A stretch of DNA of 24,067 bases from Myxococcales bacterium. Lineage in GTDB: Bacteria; Myxococcota_A; Polyangia; Polyangiales; Polyangiaceae. The notes under the pieces were generated by a model that saw only the letters and a program-made list of their open reading frames with translations, did not search any database and was not told the DNA's origin. Both the position numbers and the translations under genes were made by a program. This document shows, in pieces, positions 23,791 through 24,067 of this stretch. How positions within the stretch are numbered: the first letter of the stretch is position 1; every line of letters begins with the position of its first letter. The DNA is taken from the NCBI GenBank assembly GCA_043789255.1, contig JAYWIA010001507.1, positions 1 through 24,067 of the forward strand, read 5' to 3'.

Positions 23791-24067
23791 GACGGCACGC
23801 GCTTCCGCTTCGGAGGCGTCGGCGGGGACGATGGGACCACTTCGGTGTCCGGCACGTCGTAGAAACCGAGGACTCCCTTGATGGGCCTTGGCTCAACATG
23901 CTTCGGGTTTTTCAGGACCCACGCCCAACCAAGGCCCCCACGAGGGTCTTGGATGCAGTCCACGACCTCGACCGTGCACACCGTGACCCCGCACGGAAGC
24001 CCCTCCCCTCCTGGATCGGGGGCCTTGCTCGAGCACACGAGCAGCGGGCCACGGTACGTGGTTCGCC
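23787..24067 (-). CDS. ASCH-domain protein (partial, start outside the window)
   Basis: Frame open to the window edge: RTTYRGPLLVCSSK...LPCGVTVCTVEVVDC...WAWVLKNPKHVEPRPIKGVLGFYDV is the typical phage ASCH pattern. Confidence 0.85.
   Translation of the reverse strand, partial: RTTYRGPLLVCSSKAPDPGGEGLPCGVTVCTVEVVDCIQDPRGGLGWAWVLKNPKHVEPRPIKGVLGFYDVPDTEVVPSSPPTPPKRKRVPS

Larger units (their letters stand above)
1..24067. mobile_element. Tailed phage or prophage segment (contractile tail): packaging, head, neck, tail and early-gene modules
   Basis: Co-oriented TerS-TerL-portal-scaffold-capsid-neck-sheath-tube-chaperone-tape measure order with many ATGA/GTGA overlaps; no host genes or integrase seen. 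Confidence 0.97.

Noticed and set aside
1-24067. CRISPR array, rRNA, IS element, reverse transcriptase or DGR
   Set aside because: No regularly spaced repeats, rRNA-like sequence, transposase or RT motifs were found by eye.

Overview
GC-rich window from a contractile-tailed (myovirus-type) phage or prophage. A myxobacterial-type host is inferred only from GC content and a Cys-rich lipoprotein. No integrase, att site or host gene is visible, so lytic versus integrated state cannot be decided. The minus strand carries one long late operon: basic protein, PAPS-reductase-like PP-loop protein, ParB-like protein, atypical tRNA-Ser-like RNA, TerS, TerL, portal, scaffold, major capsid, decoration protein, initiator-like tRNA-Met plus a ~280-nt structured RNA candidate, neck genes, Mu-type sheath and tube, tail assembly chaperone with a probable -1 frameshift, tape measure and a Mu gp43-like protein (truncated by the window edge). 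An antisense lipoprotein gene interrupts the tail module. To the right are a divergent plus-strand operon (uORF, hypothetical, HTH, hypothetical) and minus-strand early-type genes (ASCH, DUF932, Zn-binding hypotheticals) behind two near-identical promoter/stem-loop cassettes. The most interesting signals are RNA-level: a recurring GC-AYGAC-GC pentaloop hairpin in both early leaders and twice in a candidate small RNA, two non-canonical tRNAs at module junctions, and the structured RNA abutting tRNA-Met. All family assignments are from motif recognition by eye; no searches or folding programs were run.
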